Source: Camelus dromedarius
Taxonomy: Eukaryota
Direction: 5' to 3'
Assembly (NCBI RefSeq): GCF_036321535.1
Contig: NC_087437.1
Coordinates: 64,544,001-64,608,000, forward strand
DNA length: 64,000 nt
The notes under the pieces were generated by a model, which was not told the DNA's origin, searched no databases, and was given only the letters and a program-made list of their open reading frames with translations. This document shows positions 1 to 11,866 of this stretch, one piece after another; the first letter of the stretch is position 1; each line of letters opens with the position of its first letter. Both the position numbers and the translations under genes were made by a program.

Positions 1-962
1 CAATACATGCAGCAGTTGGATTCTGAGTGTACCTAATAAGTAAAAGAGAATCCAGGGCATCTGGAAGAGGCACCAAAGGAAAGGAAGAAAACTAAGGGAA
101 GTCCAAAGAATAACTGCACAAGTTTAGGAGAAAGAGAATGTGGCGTAGTGGCTAAGTCATGAAAAATACCTAAGGGATTTTGGTTGACAGTAAATTCAGT
201 ATAAATCAACAATGATGTCGCTGTATTAAAGGGGGGGGGGGAAATAACGCTAATTTTTTAAATAATAAGAACTGTCCTAAGGTGAAATGGGTCAACTTGG
301 GAGACAGTGAGTTCTCAGGCAAACAGAAGATGCTCTGATTTTACTTCTAAGGAAACCATTTTGCTTTTCTGGGGGTGGGAGAGAGGGAGAGTGCATATTT
401 TTCTTAATTGAATTCACCTGCCTATTTTCAAATGCATTTTACCCAGTAGAAACAGTATATCATAGTACTCTTATGTCAGAGGTGGTAACAATATCAAAAT
501 GGAGGCCACTGAACCATTTAAGCCCTGTTTAATAATGGCTCTTTATCCCTGTATCTGCTGACACGTGTAGCTACCTAAAACAAAATTCATATCTATCATT
601 TCTCACCAAATTAGTAACTTGTGTTTCCCATTTCTCCTGTTGGTAATTGTAATAGCTTTATTTAATGAATACCTGTTATGTGTCAGATATTTTACAAATA
701 TTATCCCATTTAATTTAATCTTCATAATGACCCTGTGAGATAGATTTTATCTCTACTTTTTAAATGAGGAAACAGAATCAGAAAGTAACTTTGCCATTGC
801 TATCCAACTAGTAAATTCTAGGAAAATTTAAATATATACCTTTGAAACTCTAAAGGCCAGTCATGCTCTAGAATTTCTATATAGAAGGCTGAGGGGTGAC
901 AGCCTGGCTAGAAGTAGGGGGTGATGAAGGGAGTTTGTCTTGAAACTACATTTTCCTGGATT

Positions 963-1455
963 GTGTAAGTAAGATGGCACCAAATGATCCCTAACTGCTA
1001 GCAATCACACCTTTGCATAGTCTCCTTGCATGCCATATCAGGATTGGTCTTTGTGACCAACAGAATATGGCAGATGTCATGCTCTGTCACTTCTGAGGCT
1101 GGGTTACAGAAGGCACTGCAGCTCTTTCCCCAACCCCCAAAAGTCTCTCTGCAGGATGCCAGCTGGCATGTCATGAACAGTCCTTTAGAGAGGCCCTCAT
1201 AGCAAGGAACAGAGGCCTCTGGCAGCAGCCATGTGAGTGAGCTTAGAAGCAGACTCTCCAGTCCCTGCTAAGCTTCAGATGACTGCAGCCCCAGCTAACA
1301 GCTTGATAGCAACCGTATGAGAGATCTTGAGCCAGAATCACCCAGCTAAGCTGCTCCCAAATCCTGACCCAAATAAAGTGTGAAATAATAAATGTTTTTC
1401 ACGTAAAGTCACTAGTTTTGGGGTTATCTGGCATGTAGCAATTGAAAACTAATAT
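963..1455 (+). mobile_element. MaLR (MLT1-type) solo LTR
   Basis: MLT1-like motifs: 'cccagctaagctgctcccaaatcctgaccc', 'aataaatgttt', 3' end 'gtagcaattgaaaactaata'; boundaries approximate. Confidence 0.7.
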
Positions 1456-2639
1456 GGATTGTATGCTTGTTTAGGATGGCTTGAAGAAGAAGGCTGGTGG
1501 AGATTGTGGGAATAAGGCTAAAACCCCCAACTTGTAACCCTCTGTGGCTAAGTCACTGCTGAAAGCCAACCTCTAACCCCGATGCCAGTGATAGGAATTT
1601 TAAGGGTTTTAACAAAAAGTTTTAAGTATATATACATATTAGAGTAGAATAGAAAATTGAGTGCATCAGTTCCTTAGCAAGAAATGCACATGTTGCAACA
1701 AAACTTTATTTTCCAAGTTGCAACAAATACTTGTGTCTTCATAATAAAGTATGGGTTGGAGTATAATATAAACATTTTTTTATGGTGCACTGTGGTTAAA
1801 AAAAAGGTTTATAAAGTGCTGCACTGCACTCTATATGACTCAGCCTCTGCTATTGGTTTCTTTATTCACTAATGGATGGAGAGCAGACTGAGACTCATGT
1901 GCACATGTTATCTTCAGAAGCACTGAATGTGCTTAAATATTAACCATTTACCAGAATATAACCATGGTAGATGGCTTTTGAAAGAAGTTCTCCAGATGTC
2001 AAGAGCTTTAAGGTGACAAGTATGGGAGAGAGATGGGCCTTCAAATTCTTCAAGATTGGGAGGTTGGTATTGGTCCTAAGAATCATGCAGTTTTAAATGT
2101 AGAAGTCTGCAAAGTGAGGGAAACCAATCCTAAATGTTCGTGTTCTCACCAAGTATCAGTTAAAAACTTGCAGTAATACCAATTCATTGCTATATTAAGA
2201 ATCAGATATTATTTCAATCTAATGCTAAGACTATTAGCTTCTTAAATCACTACTGAAAGTTAAGCTCCTTTTCTTTCTAGATAGCCTTTCAATGTTTGGC
2301 TCTCCTGCCTGACTAGTTTCCACTGAAGCTATGTTAGGAAGATCCTAATGTCTGCTTCTCTCTGACTGAGCTCATCCACTTTCCCTTCCAGTCTTCCATC
2401 CATACCTATAGTTTCAGGGAAACCTTTTGGCTTCACTACCAATTCCTAAGGATCACAATTGGAGGTGATGTGCAGGTGAAGTATGATCTTTAAAAATGTT
2501 CTTTATATGGTTGTACCGTCCAAAAGTATAAACTTCTTTGTGGCATAAATCTTTCAGGAGATTGTGACTGCCTTTAAAATGGTTCATTAAATTTCCCAAG
2601 TTCCTATGTGCTCTTTGAGAAGAGATCAGATTCTGAAAA

Positions 2640-3450
2640 CAACCTGAAGGTAGAATGAGCAGGATTTCCTAAAGGGCTGGATGTGGGATATTAGAGAGAG
2701 GAGTCAGGATGACTCCCAGGTTTTGACCTGAGTAACTATGAGGATGGAGTTGCTATCAGCTGAGATGGGAAAGTCTGTGGATGATGCGGGTTGGTGGAGT
2801 GAGGTGAGAAGGATGGGAGTTTCATTTTGGAATGTGCTGTTTATGTCATATGCTTTTAGACAACCAGGTGAAGAAGTCTACTAGGCAGTGAGTGCAGACA
2901 TTGGAGTTTATGACAGAGAGTCTTGATTGGAGATAAAACTGGAAGTCATGGGTACCTAGAGAGCATTTAAAGCCATTAGGTCTCCTAACCTAATTACCTC
3001 CGCCCACCCCAAAAAAGAAAACAAAACAACAACAAAGAAACAAATATCTAAAGCCATTAGGTCTCCAAAGACTGAGTGTAGACAAAGAGGAGAAAAGAAC
3101 TGTCACCTCATTAAGGTGAATGAGGAAAGAGGAATGAACAGCCACTGGTGAGGTGGGAAAAAAAAATCCCAAAGTGTGATGTCCTAGCAGTAAGTGAAAA
3201 AAGTGCACCAAGGAGGAGGGAGCAATTAGATGAGTCGGATGCTGCTAAGAGATCAAGTAAGATGAGGACTGAAAAGTGGCTACTGAGCTTGGCAACGTGG
3301 AGGTCATTGGTGATCTTGACCAGAGCACTTCCGGTGGAGTGATGGGGGGTGTGGAATGGATTTAAGAAAGAATGTGAGGAGAAGAAATGGGGATGAATAA
3401 TGACAAACTCGACTGAGAAATTCTGCTGCAAAGGGAAGCAAGGAAATGAA
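2640..3450 (-). mobile_element. LINE-2 fragment
   Basis: Purine-rich L2 antisense signature such as 'gagatcaagtaagatgaggactgaaaagtggctactgagcttggcaacgtggaggtcattggtgatcttgac'. Confidence 0.7.
2986..3048 (+). mobile_element. 5'-truncated SINE 3' tail with 18-bp target-site duplication
   Basis: Direct repeat taaagccattaggtctcc at 2968-2985 and 3049-3066 flanks 'taacctaattacctccgccc' plus an A-rich tail, resembling the tail of the SINE at 28262. Confidence 0.7.
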
Positions 3451-3687
3451 GCAGTAACTGCAGAGAAATCAGAGTCAAAAACCAAAATCAAACAAACCCC
3501 AATTCTTTATCTAGATTGCCACAGAGACCTGTTCAAAGCCTTGGGTTATTTCATAGTACATTCCAGTAAGAATGTGGTGGCTTTGATGGATTTCCTAATC
3601 ACCTGTGTGGCCTCTAATCTGACTTCATTCATGCATTAAGTGATTAATAATAACTGTAAAGATTGAGAAGGAAGAGAAATTACTTAC

Positions 3688-3915
3688 TTTTGTAGTAAAG
3701 AAAACTCAACTAGGGCTGAATTCTCCCCTGGGAAATATTGTACATTGGTTCTCCTCCATTTTTGAGATTTTTCAAAGAAAATTGTTATATAATTATCAAC
3801 ATCAGGTGGTAGATTTTCAACCACCAATGGTTCTTGATGGTTACAGATACCTTGGGAAAATCTGGTTTCCCAACTTTATGGTATCCGTTACAAACATTAA
3901 CAAATGTTCTGACAT
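3688..3915 (-). pseudogene. Degenerate PARP14-like RRM exon (homolog of PARP14 exon 5), frameshifted
   Basis: tttgcag|...|gtaagt boundaries. Starts DVRTFVNVCNGYHKVGK (PARP14 DTIRFVDDCTKHHSIK) and continues in another frame as VENLPPDVDNYITIFFEKSQKWRRTNVQYFPGENSALVEF (PARP14 [43 protein letters not shown]); the entry frame reaches TAA. Confidence 0.85.
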
Positions 3916-3998
3916 CTGCAAATAAAAATCAGTTTAATAGCACTGTAATTTCATTTCATATCAGAAGAAAACAGATTTTAAAATGTAATTTGTCCTAC

Positions 3999-4231
3999 CA
4001 ATATTTTTGAGAAAGGAGACGACAGCAACTTTAATACTGGATGTTACTTCCACCCTGAAGTCACCGCTGATGTCTGACAGGCCACTAATCGACTCCACAA
4101 ACAAGGATAGCACACCCTCAGCCATGGTGTCTTGGATATTGTGAAATGCAACCAAAAGGGAGGCTTGTGAAGAGTCTTTTGAAAATTCATCTGTTTCAAC
4201 CACTTCCATTTCATTCATTTTATCCACTCTT
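3999..4231 (-). pseudogene. PARP14-like RRM exon (homolog of PARP14 exon 4)
   Basis: ORF 3961-4299 contains SLLVAFHNIQDTMAEGVLSLFVESISGLSDISGDFRVEVTSSIKVAVVSFLKNI versus PARP14 [52 protein letters not shown]; phase-1 donor g|gtagg at 3999; acceptor position uncertain. Confidence 0.85.
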
Positions 4232-5039
4232 CTGAAAACTATTACTTCTGTACTGAGGATTTCCAACTTAGCAATTTTTAAGGAGACAGAAACACTCAAG
4301 ATAGTAATTTTTATATCTGATTTGAGAATTGAAAGCCTTTGGCCTTTATATTACTTTCAGATGTTTAATACTTTGAAAGAAAATAGATTTTACTTACTGC
4401 TTTTTTTTTTTTAAAGAAAGAAAACAATAACTCTTTGGTTCAATGATAATGTGAAGTTAAACATAATACTTTGTAAAGTCAGATTTACTCACCAAATCAC
4501 AGGGAAAAAAATAAACATGATAGTAAATGGTGGTGCTCATCCACTGACCGAAAATAATTGGGCTACAACTCATTACTGAGAAGAAATGTTTCTGTTACTG
4601 CATAATGAAAGAGCAATCCACAAAGATAACCAAAATACAAAAAATTCTGCATCTTCACAAAGAAGATTGAATATGGGTAGACATTTATGGGGACAGTAGA
4701 AACTCTAACTTCCATTTTTAATTGTTTAACCTGTTAAAGAGAAATAAAAGGACTTTTCCCTTAGCATGATAAAGAGGCTTATTCTGAACTCAGAAGTCAA
4801 CATTCACAGTGAAGAAATGTAACAGTCACTCTCCTTAGAAGTAGTAAAAAATAAAATTAAAAAAAAAATCAGAAATGTGTTCTGTCACTACTTCTACTCA
4901 GTATATTTTTCAAAACTCTTCCTGGTCATCACAATAAGGTGGGGAAAAGAAATGAGAATAAATATTGAAAAGAAAAGCCCCAAGCAGTCATTCTTTACAA
5001 ATAACACAGCCACATCTTTGAAAATTTAAAAATCAGTAA

Positions 5040-5555
5040 TAACATCAAGAAAGTAAAAAGACAACCCACAGAATGGGAGAAGATATTTGCCAGTCATATA
5101 GCTGATAAGGGGCTTGTATCTAGAATATATAAAGACCTTTTACAACTCAACAATAAAAAAACCAAATAATACAATTTAAAAATAGACAAAGAATTAAACA
5201 GACATTTCACCAAAGAAGATAAACATGTGGCCAATAAGGACCAAAAAAATAAAAAAGTTGCTCAACATCATTAGTCACTAAGAAAACACAAGTCAAAACC
5301 ACAGTGAGATGCCACTTCACACCTACTAGGATAACTGAACTAAAAAAGGCAATAATAAGTGTCGTTCAGGATGTGAAAAAATTGGAACTCTCATACATTT
5401 CTGATGAGATATTAAATGATACAACTACTGAGCAAAACAGTTTTGCAGTTCCTCAAAAAGTTAGAGTTACTGTATGACCCGGAAATTTCACTCCCAGGTA
5501 GGTATACACCCGAGAGACATGAAACATATGTCCACACAAAAAACTTGTACGCATA
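5040..5555 (+). mobile_element. L1 ORF2 C-terminal/3' region fragment
   Basis: 'aaaagacaacccacagaatgggagaagatatttgcc', 'gacatttcaccaaagaagat' and 'tatgacccggaaatttcactcc' are L1 motifs. Confidence 0.8.
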
Positions 5556-5870
5556 TGCTATAGACAAAATGTTTGTGTCCCTCCAAAAATCTGTATGTTA
5601 AAGCCCTAATCTCCAATGTGGTGGTATTTGGAGGTGGGGTCAGATGGGAGGTAATTAGGTTTAGATGACATAATAAGGATAGCACCCCCATGATGGGATT
5701 AGTGCCCTATACAATGATAAAGAGACCAGCACTTACACACACTCTTTCCCTCCATCATGTAAGAAAATAGCAAGAAGGGGTCATATGCATAGCAGGAAAA
5801 GGCCCCTCACCAAGAACCCAGTCATGCTAACTTCACTGACCTCTTATTTCCAGCCTCCAGGATTGCAAAG
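5556..5870 (+). mobile_element. MaLR (MLT1A/MST-like) LTR fragment
   Basis: Starts 'tgctatagacaaaatgtttgtgtccctccaaaaatc...gttaaagccctaatctccaatgtggtggtatttggaggtgggg'. Confidence 0.75.
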
Positions 5871-5879
5871 AAGCATCAA

Positions 5880-8800
5880 TATATCATGCATAATGTGGAG
5901 AAAAATAAACTGAAACTAACCCAGAAATGACACAGATGACAGAATTACTAGATAAGGATACTAAAACCATTATTATAACAAAAAACTGCACACTTTTAAG
6001 AAGGTAAAGGAAAACAAGAATGTATTTAGCAGAGACTTAATATAAAGAAGAACTAAATCAAATTCTAGAGAGAAAAATACAAAGTTTGAGGTGAAAAATA
6101 CAAAGTTTGACGTGAAAAATACACTGAATGGTGAAAGATATATGCACCCCAATGATCGCAGCAACATTATTTACAATTGCCAAGATACAGAAGCAACCCA
6201 CAACAGAGGAATGGATAAAGAAGAAAAGATTAGTGAACTTTAAGACATTAGTAACAGTAACCACATAAAATGAAAGACAGAGGAAAAAAAGACTGAGAAA
6301 ATAATGAGTAGAGAATCAGTGAGCCTGGGACAACTTCACGTGGATGAATATACATAGATAAAAGAGGAGAGAAGAAAATACTTGCAGAAGCAATGGCCAA
6401 AATCTTTTTCAAATTTGACGAAAACTATAAACTCATGGACCCAAGATTCACAATGAACTCCAAGCACAATAAAGATGAAGAAAACTACTCCTAGGCATAT
6501 CATAAGTTGCTTAAAACAAGTAATAAAGAAAAAAATCTTAAAAGTAGCCAGTGAGAAAAGAATTATGCATAGAAGAACAAAGATAAAAATGATAGAAGAC
6601 TTCTTGTCAGAAATAAGGCAAGCCAGAAGTTATACAACAATGTCTTTAACTGTCAACCTAGAAAATGCAGTATGTTTTAAAAAAAATGTGAAATTAAAAA
6701 CTTTTCAGACATACACACACACTGAAAAACTCATCACCAGAAGACCTGCACTATAAGAAATGTTAAAGAAAGTTCTTCAAGAAGGGAAATAATGCCAGAT
6801 GAAAATGGTGAATATGTGAATAAATATAAAATAATGCTTTCCTTATTTTTACAATCACTTTTAATAATCAAATATCCAAAACAATCTTGATAAAGAAAAA
6901 CAAACAAAGCTGGAGGCCTTACACTTCCTGGCTTCAAAACATACTACAAAGCTGCAGTAATCAAAACAATATGGTACTGGCATGAAAACAGACATACAGA
7001 TAACAGACATATAGATGGAGCAAAAGGGGAAAGCTTCATGGCATTGAATTTGTCAGTTATTCATTGGTTACGACACCAAAAGCACAGGTAACAAAAACAA
7101 GAATAGACAAGTGGGACTGGACATCAAACTTGAAAATTTCTGCAAAAAATAACAATAAATGGAGTGATTGGTATATATGTACAATGGAAGATTATTCAGC
7201 CTTGAAAAGGAAGGAAATTCTGACACATGCTGCAGCATGGATGAACCTTGAAGACATTAAGCTAAGTGAAATAAGCCAGTCACAAAAAACAGTGTTTGTT
7301 TAGCAAGATGAAAAGTTCTGGAGATTGGCTGCACAACAATGTGAATACCCTGAACACTAATGAACTACACACTTTAAAATGGTTAAAATGGTCAATTTTA
7401 TGTGTATTTTATCACAATTTTTAAAAATATAAAAGAAAAAGAAAAAGAAAGCTGGTATATTCCAGTGCAGGTATTATCAGAGATGAAACTGTCATTGTAT
7501 CATGATAAATGAAAAGATTCATCAAGGGAGAATAACAATCCTAAACATTTATGCCCCTAAAGAGAGCTTCAAATTATATGAAGCCAAAATTGATAGACCC
7601 CTAAGGAGAAATAAATCCACAATTACAGTTGGAGAGTTCAGCAGCCTTTCCCAATAATTGATAGAACTAGACATAAAACCAGTGAGGATATAAGGACTCG
7701 AACAACAGAATTAACCAAGTTGATCTAACTGAAACAGAAGACTTCAACCAATGATAACAGAATACACTGTTTTAAAGTGTGTGTGTGTGAATTTACCAAG
7801 ATGGACCAAATCCTGTCCAGAAAACACATCTCAAAATGTAAATTTAAAAGGATTCAAATAGCCCAAAGTATGTTCTCAAATCACTATGAAATTAAATTAG
7901 AAAGTAATAGCAAACTAATGACAGCTGCACCTACATGGACGGATCTCAACAGTATTACGCTAAGTGAAAGGAGCAAGGCTCAAATGACTATGTGCTATAT
8001 GATTCCACTTATATTACTGCAACTATAGAGACCAAAATCTCACCAGTGTTTGCCAGGGGCTCACCCTGAGTGAAAGGGATGATTACAAAGGGATTGGTGG
8101 GAATTTCGGGCAGTGATGCAACTCTTTTATATCTTTTATACTTTGTGGTTGTTACAATTATATACATGTCTCAAAACTCACAGAACTATATACTAAAAGT
8201 ATGAATCTGCTGTATGTAAATTGTACCTTATTTTTCTAATGAAAGGAAAAGTCAATTGCATTCATGTACACAAGTAATTAGCTAAAAGATATAATGAAGA
8301 AAAAATATATGAGAAAAGCTCATTTACAATAGCAAGAAAAGAAGAGGAAATATATAGAAATCAAACTTAACAATAAATGTTCTACGTAAAAAACTATAAA
8401 CACTCTTTAAAGACATAAAAGTAGACTTGAACAAATGAAATGGCATCCTTCTTCTTGGTGAGAATATCTCAACACCATCTCAAGATGTCAGCTCTCTGTA
8501 ATTTAATTTATTAGTTTAGTGCAATTCCAATAAAAATCCCAACCAGTTTTTTTTTTTTTTGGACATTGATCATAAATCAGAAGTCTACCCTAAAGTTCAT
8601 AAAGAAAGATAAGCACGCAAGAATAAAGCGGAAAACATTGAGATGGAAGAGCTCTGTAGGGGACTAGTCCTGACTTTAACATATGCTACAAAGCCTCTCT
8701 AAAACAGATGAACAAATAGGTCAATGGAGCAGCCAACGGAACAGAAGTTTCAGAATAACCAAACTACATCTAAAAATCTAGTATATGAGAAATAAAGGTG

Positions 8801-9215
8801 GTAACTCATGTTACTGACATAGTGATAAGCTTCATAAATGATGTTCGGATTGAAGCATTAACGGAGATTAAAATGTGGATACCCATTCGGAAAAAAAGAT
8901 AAAATTAGATCTATTTCTCAAACCATACACAGAGGTAAAGTTCAAATGGATCGAAGGTCTACATGTAAAAAATAAAGCATTACAAATAGGAAAAAGAAAA
9001 AAAGCATGCGTAACTATAACCTGGGTATAGGGGAAAGCTTTTAAAAGATGACTTAAAGTCCAGATGCAATAAAATGAGAGACTGGTAAATTTTACTACAT
9101 AACAATACAAAAACGTTTGCACGGTAAAAAAAAAAAAAAAAAAGCCACAGTAAGCAAACTCATAAGACAAACGACAAAATGAGAGGAAAAATTCACAGGA
9201 TATATCACACTAAAG
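5880..9215 (+). mobile_element. Mosaic of old L1 fragments (ORF1, ORF2 and 3' UTR remnants)
   Basis: ORF 6475-6756 resembles L1 ORF1p (KKTTPRHII...KKILK); 'aaagctggaggccttacacttcctggcttcaaaacatactacaaagctgcagtaatcaaaaca' is L1 ORF2; frames disrupted. Confidence 0.75.
6072..6123 (+). repeat. 21-bp tandem repeat, ~2.5 copies
   Basis: gaaaaatacaaagtttgaggt / gaaaaatacaaagtttgacgt / gaaaaataca. Confidence 0.9.
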
Positions 9216-9470
9216 GATTTAAAGGATTTTTATCCCTACCGTATAAGGAACGTTTAAAATTTGAGGGGAAGGAGATGAGACGTCCTGTGGAGGAGAACCC
9301 TCACACTCTGCTCTCCCGGGACAAGTCACGGTGGTGAGCGCTCCCCAGAAGGCAGCTTCCGTGGACGGGGGTCTCCGCGCCGCCCTGCGCGGCAGAGCAT
9401 CGCGCGTGCGCAGGACGCCTAGCGGGGCAGCCAGTCGCTCCCTCCTCCCTGCTCCGCTGGCGCCCCTCAC

Positions 9471-9653
9471 CTTCCTCCCCCAGGAACCAAGAAGAAAGCC
9501 TGGAAGAGCTGGCTCCTCGGCTCCTGGTGGAAGTCTGGGTCTCCACCTCCCATCTCTTCGGCCTCTGGAAGTGCAACTTGGAGGTCAGTTCGCGGGCCAG
9601 GGCCCTAGCCCCCCAGGACGCTTAGCCCAGCTGACCTCCTCAGCCCTGTTCAT
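9471..9653 (-). pseudogene. PARP15: Degenerate first exon of a PARP14-like gene at the PARP15 position
   Basis: SWGARALARELTSKLHFQRPKR, then after a 1-nt shift GGGDPDFHQEPRSQLFQAFF, matches PARP14 [45 protein letters not shown]; in-frame TAA at 9622-9624; the ATG (9653) frame stops at codon 23; donor aag|gtgagg at 9471; CpG-rich; position downstream of DTX3L on the same strand matches PARP15 synteny. Confidence 0.75.
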
Positions 9654-9707
9654 CTACCGTCACTGCTGGGCTGGTGCCACGCAGCAGAAATACCTTGATC
9701 TTCTTCT

Positions 9708-9724
9708 GCTTTCTTTTCTATGAA
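9708..9724. promoter_or_regulatory. GAS (TTCTATGAA) overlapping an IRF-like GAAAAGAAA element upstream of the PARP15-like exon 1
   Basis: TTCNNNGAA at 9716-9724; minus strand reads ttcatagaaaagaaagc, about 60 nt 5' of the ATG. Confidence 0.5.
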
Positions 9725-10254
9725 AATCGCTTATAGCTGCTTTAGAATTGTGTTACTCTTTTGGAACAGTATTTGCTATCACCCAAATGCTGGGGTCAAA
9801 ATCCTGGGCTCCAAAGTTAATTAGTTGTGCAGCCCCAGTAAACTGCATCTGTACAGTGAGCGTAGCCATAACTACTTCAAGATGCTATCGTGAGGTTTAA
9901 TTGAGGTAACGTTCCTAGAGTGTCTGGCATATTTTATTTTTAAAATATCAATATTAGTTCCCCTTTGTGCTGGGCATCCCATTCCTCCTCCACCCTGCTT
10001 TCCCTACTCACTCATGTTCAGAAAAATACTCTGGATCCTTTTCATCCCCCTAAGACAGGGCTGGAATTAGGTGTCTCTCTAGCCTGACAAGACGTTGTTT
10101 AATGTCATTCAGTCAACTTGTGACGAAGGCCCTTGATATGCCTGGCACTGTGTTAAGATTATAAGGATGAGTTAGACACAGATCTCTTCTCTCTAGGGTG
10201 AGGGTAGAAGTAAGGGAAGAGAGAAATGAAAAACGATGAATACACTTTTACCTG

Positions 10255-10650
10255 GTGTTATCATGAAAGGCCCTGGCAGAATATAGAGGGTACTCTCAAA
10301 ATGGGTACCTACGTAGGTATGGGCAAAGGGTTAAGGGAAACCAGTGAGAAATGGTGAAGCACCCCCACCCCCTCTTAACCAACTAGGCTGAAGGGACAAG
10401 GGAGAGGGTATGCACTGAACTTGGTAAGAGCCATGCCTATAGGAGAGTGCCATTTTCCAGGAGCCATGGCTGCTTTGGGGAGAGAGCAAGGGAATAATTA
10501 TCCCAATCACTCTCTCCCTCCCTCCTACGATCTCTTGATGATACCTCCTGTGACTACACCCAACCAGCAATCAGAGAGCATGAGAATGGAGTTGATGCAG
10601 TACTTAGAGGTCAGCACCCAGCACCACCCCAAGGCTGAAAGCAGGGTAAG
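10255..10650. mobile_element. Old ERVL-type LTR fragment
   Basis: Resemblance to LTR33/LTR41-class sequence by recall only. Confidence 0.35.
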
Positions 10651-11013
10651 TGGATTTTGGTGTCACATCTGCATTAATAGAGATATGCATGAAGTATTAG
10701 GAACACAGAAAAATAAGTGATTCATGACTTGGAGACAAATTTGGAAGAAAGTTCCTATAATGGTAGCATTTGAGTGAGAACCTGAATGATGAGTAGGAGA
10801 TTTCTAAGAGGAGAATGAGGTACAAGGGCATGAAAGAGAGAGAGAGAAGAGGCCAGAAGAATAAAAGTACAGACTGTGATAGACTGTGGTTAGGAAAAGC
10901 TGGTAGTCTGGTATGACTAGACCATTAGGGGCTTGGTGGGGTGGAAGGGGTAAGCAAGCATAATGAAAAATACTTGATGGCTATGCTGTGGAGTTTGAAC
11001 TTTATTTCCTAGG

Positions 11014-11185
11014 TCAGCATCCTCAAAATGTGGTCCCCAGACCAGCAGCATTAGCATCAACTAGGAACTTGTTAGGAATACAGTTAGAACTTTCCGTTAG
11101 AAATCGAGGGTTGGGATTTAGCAATCTGTGTTTTACTGAGTCCTCCAGGTGATCTGACACAAGTTCAAGTTTCAGAAGCACTCAT
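11014..11185. mobile_element. MER5A-type hAT DNA transposon
   Basis: 'ctcaaaatgtggtccccagaccagcagcattagcatcaactaggaacttgttag...caagtttcagaagcact'. Confidence 0.75.
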
Positions 11186-11454
11186 CTAGGCATTAGGGAG
11201 TCACAGAAGGTCTTTCATCAGGAGTGGTGCAATCAGAGCTGTTTTTTCAAAAGTCGGTTGGAGGTGGAAAGAAGAAGAGGGATAGGGAAAGAGTCCGTAG
11301 TGGATATTCCACTCATTCTGCTGAGGGAGTTAGGAAGTTGCCAGCTGGGCAGTGAGAGCTGAAGTGAAGAGGGAGAGGAAGGACTGGTGACAATGGATTT
11401 GTGGGATGTGAGTGTGGACAAAGACAGTCGATTGCCATTTTAGTAAACAGAGGA

Positions 11455-11866
11455 TGTTGAGACCATAAAACCTTCAGCCACTACAGCCACCTTCCCCCCT
11501 TAGCTGCACCCCTACAGTGCACCCCAAGGGGAATTCAGAATGGAGAAAAACAGGATATTGGCCATAGATAAGATGCATATCAAAGGAATAATTTTAATAA
11601 GCCCAGACTCTTGCATCTTTTCACATGTAGAAACGCTAAAATCACTAACTTCAGATGTCTGTTTTTTTGGTGATTAGCAGTACTCTTTTGATATTTAACT
11701 ACATTTTTTTATAGCAAAAATTTCTATATGTCCTGGCTCCTCCCTTACCTCTTTGGAAGAGCCCTCAGAGGTATCTGAGAAGCTGTTTCTGGGCTATAGT
11801 CTTAGTAATGCCCTGAATAAAAAACAGTTCTCAACTTTTAGGTTTTGTACTTTTTTCCAGTTGACA
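11455..11866 (+). mobile_element. ERV solo LTR
   Basis: TG...CA termini (tgttga...ttgaca), TATA-like 'tctatat' near 11723, AATAAA near 11816 followed by a T-rich U5-like tract; no clear TSD. Confidence 0.7.

Noticed and set aside
1..575. Further minus-strand acceptor-like sites (near 32 and 574) as additional PARP15-like exons
   Set aside because: Translations (e.g. VATRVSRYRDKEPLLNRA*) show no convincing similarity to PARP14/15 by eye
3111..3491. 126-aa ORF
   Set aside because: Lies within an L2 remnant; not a host gene
6072..6123. CRISPR-like or other spacer array
   Set aside because: Simple tandem repeat with no spacers, in eukaryotic L1 sequence
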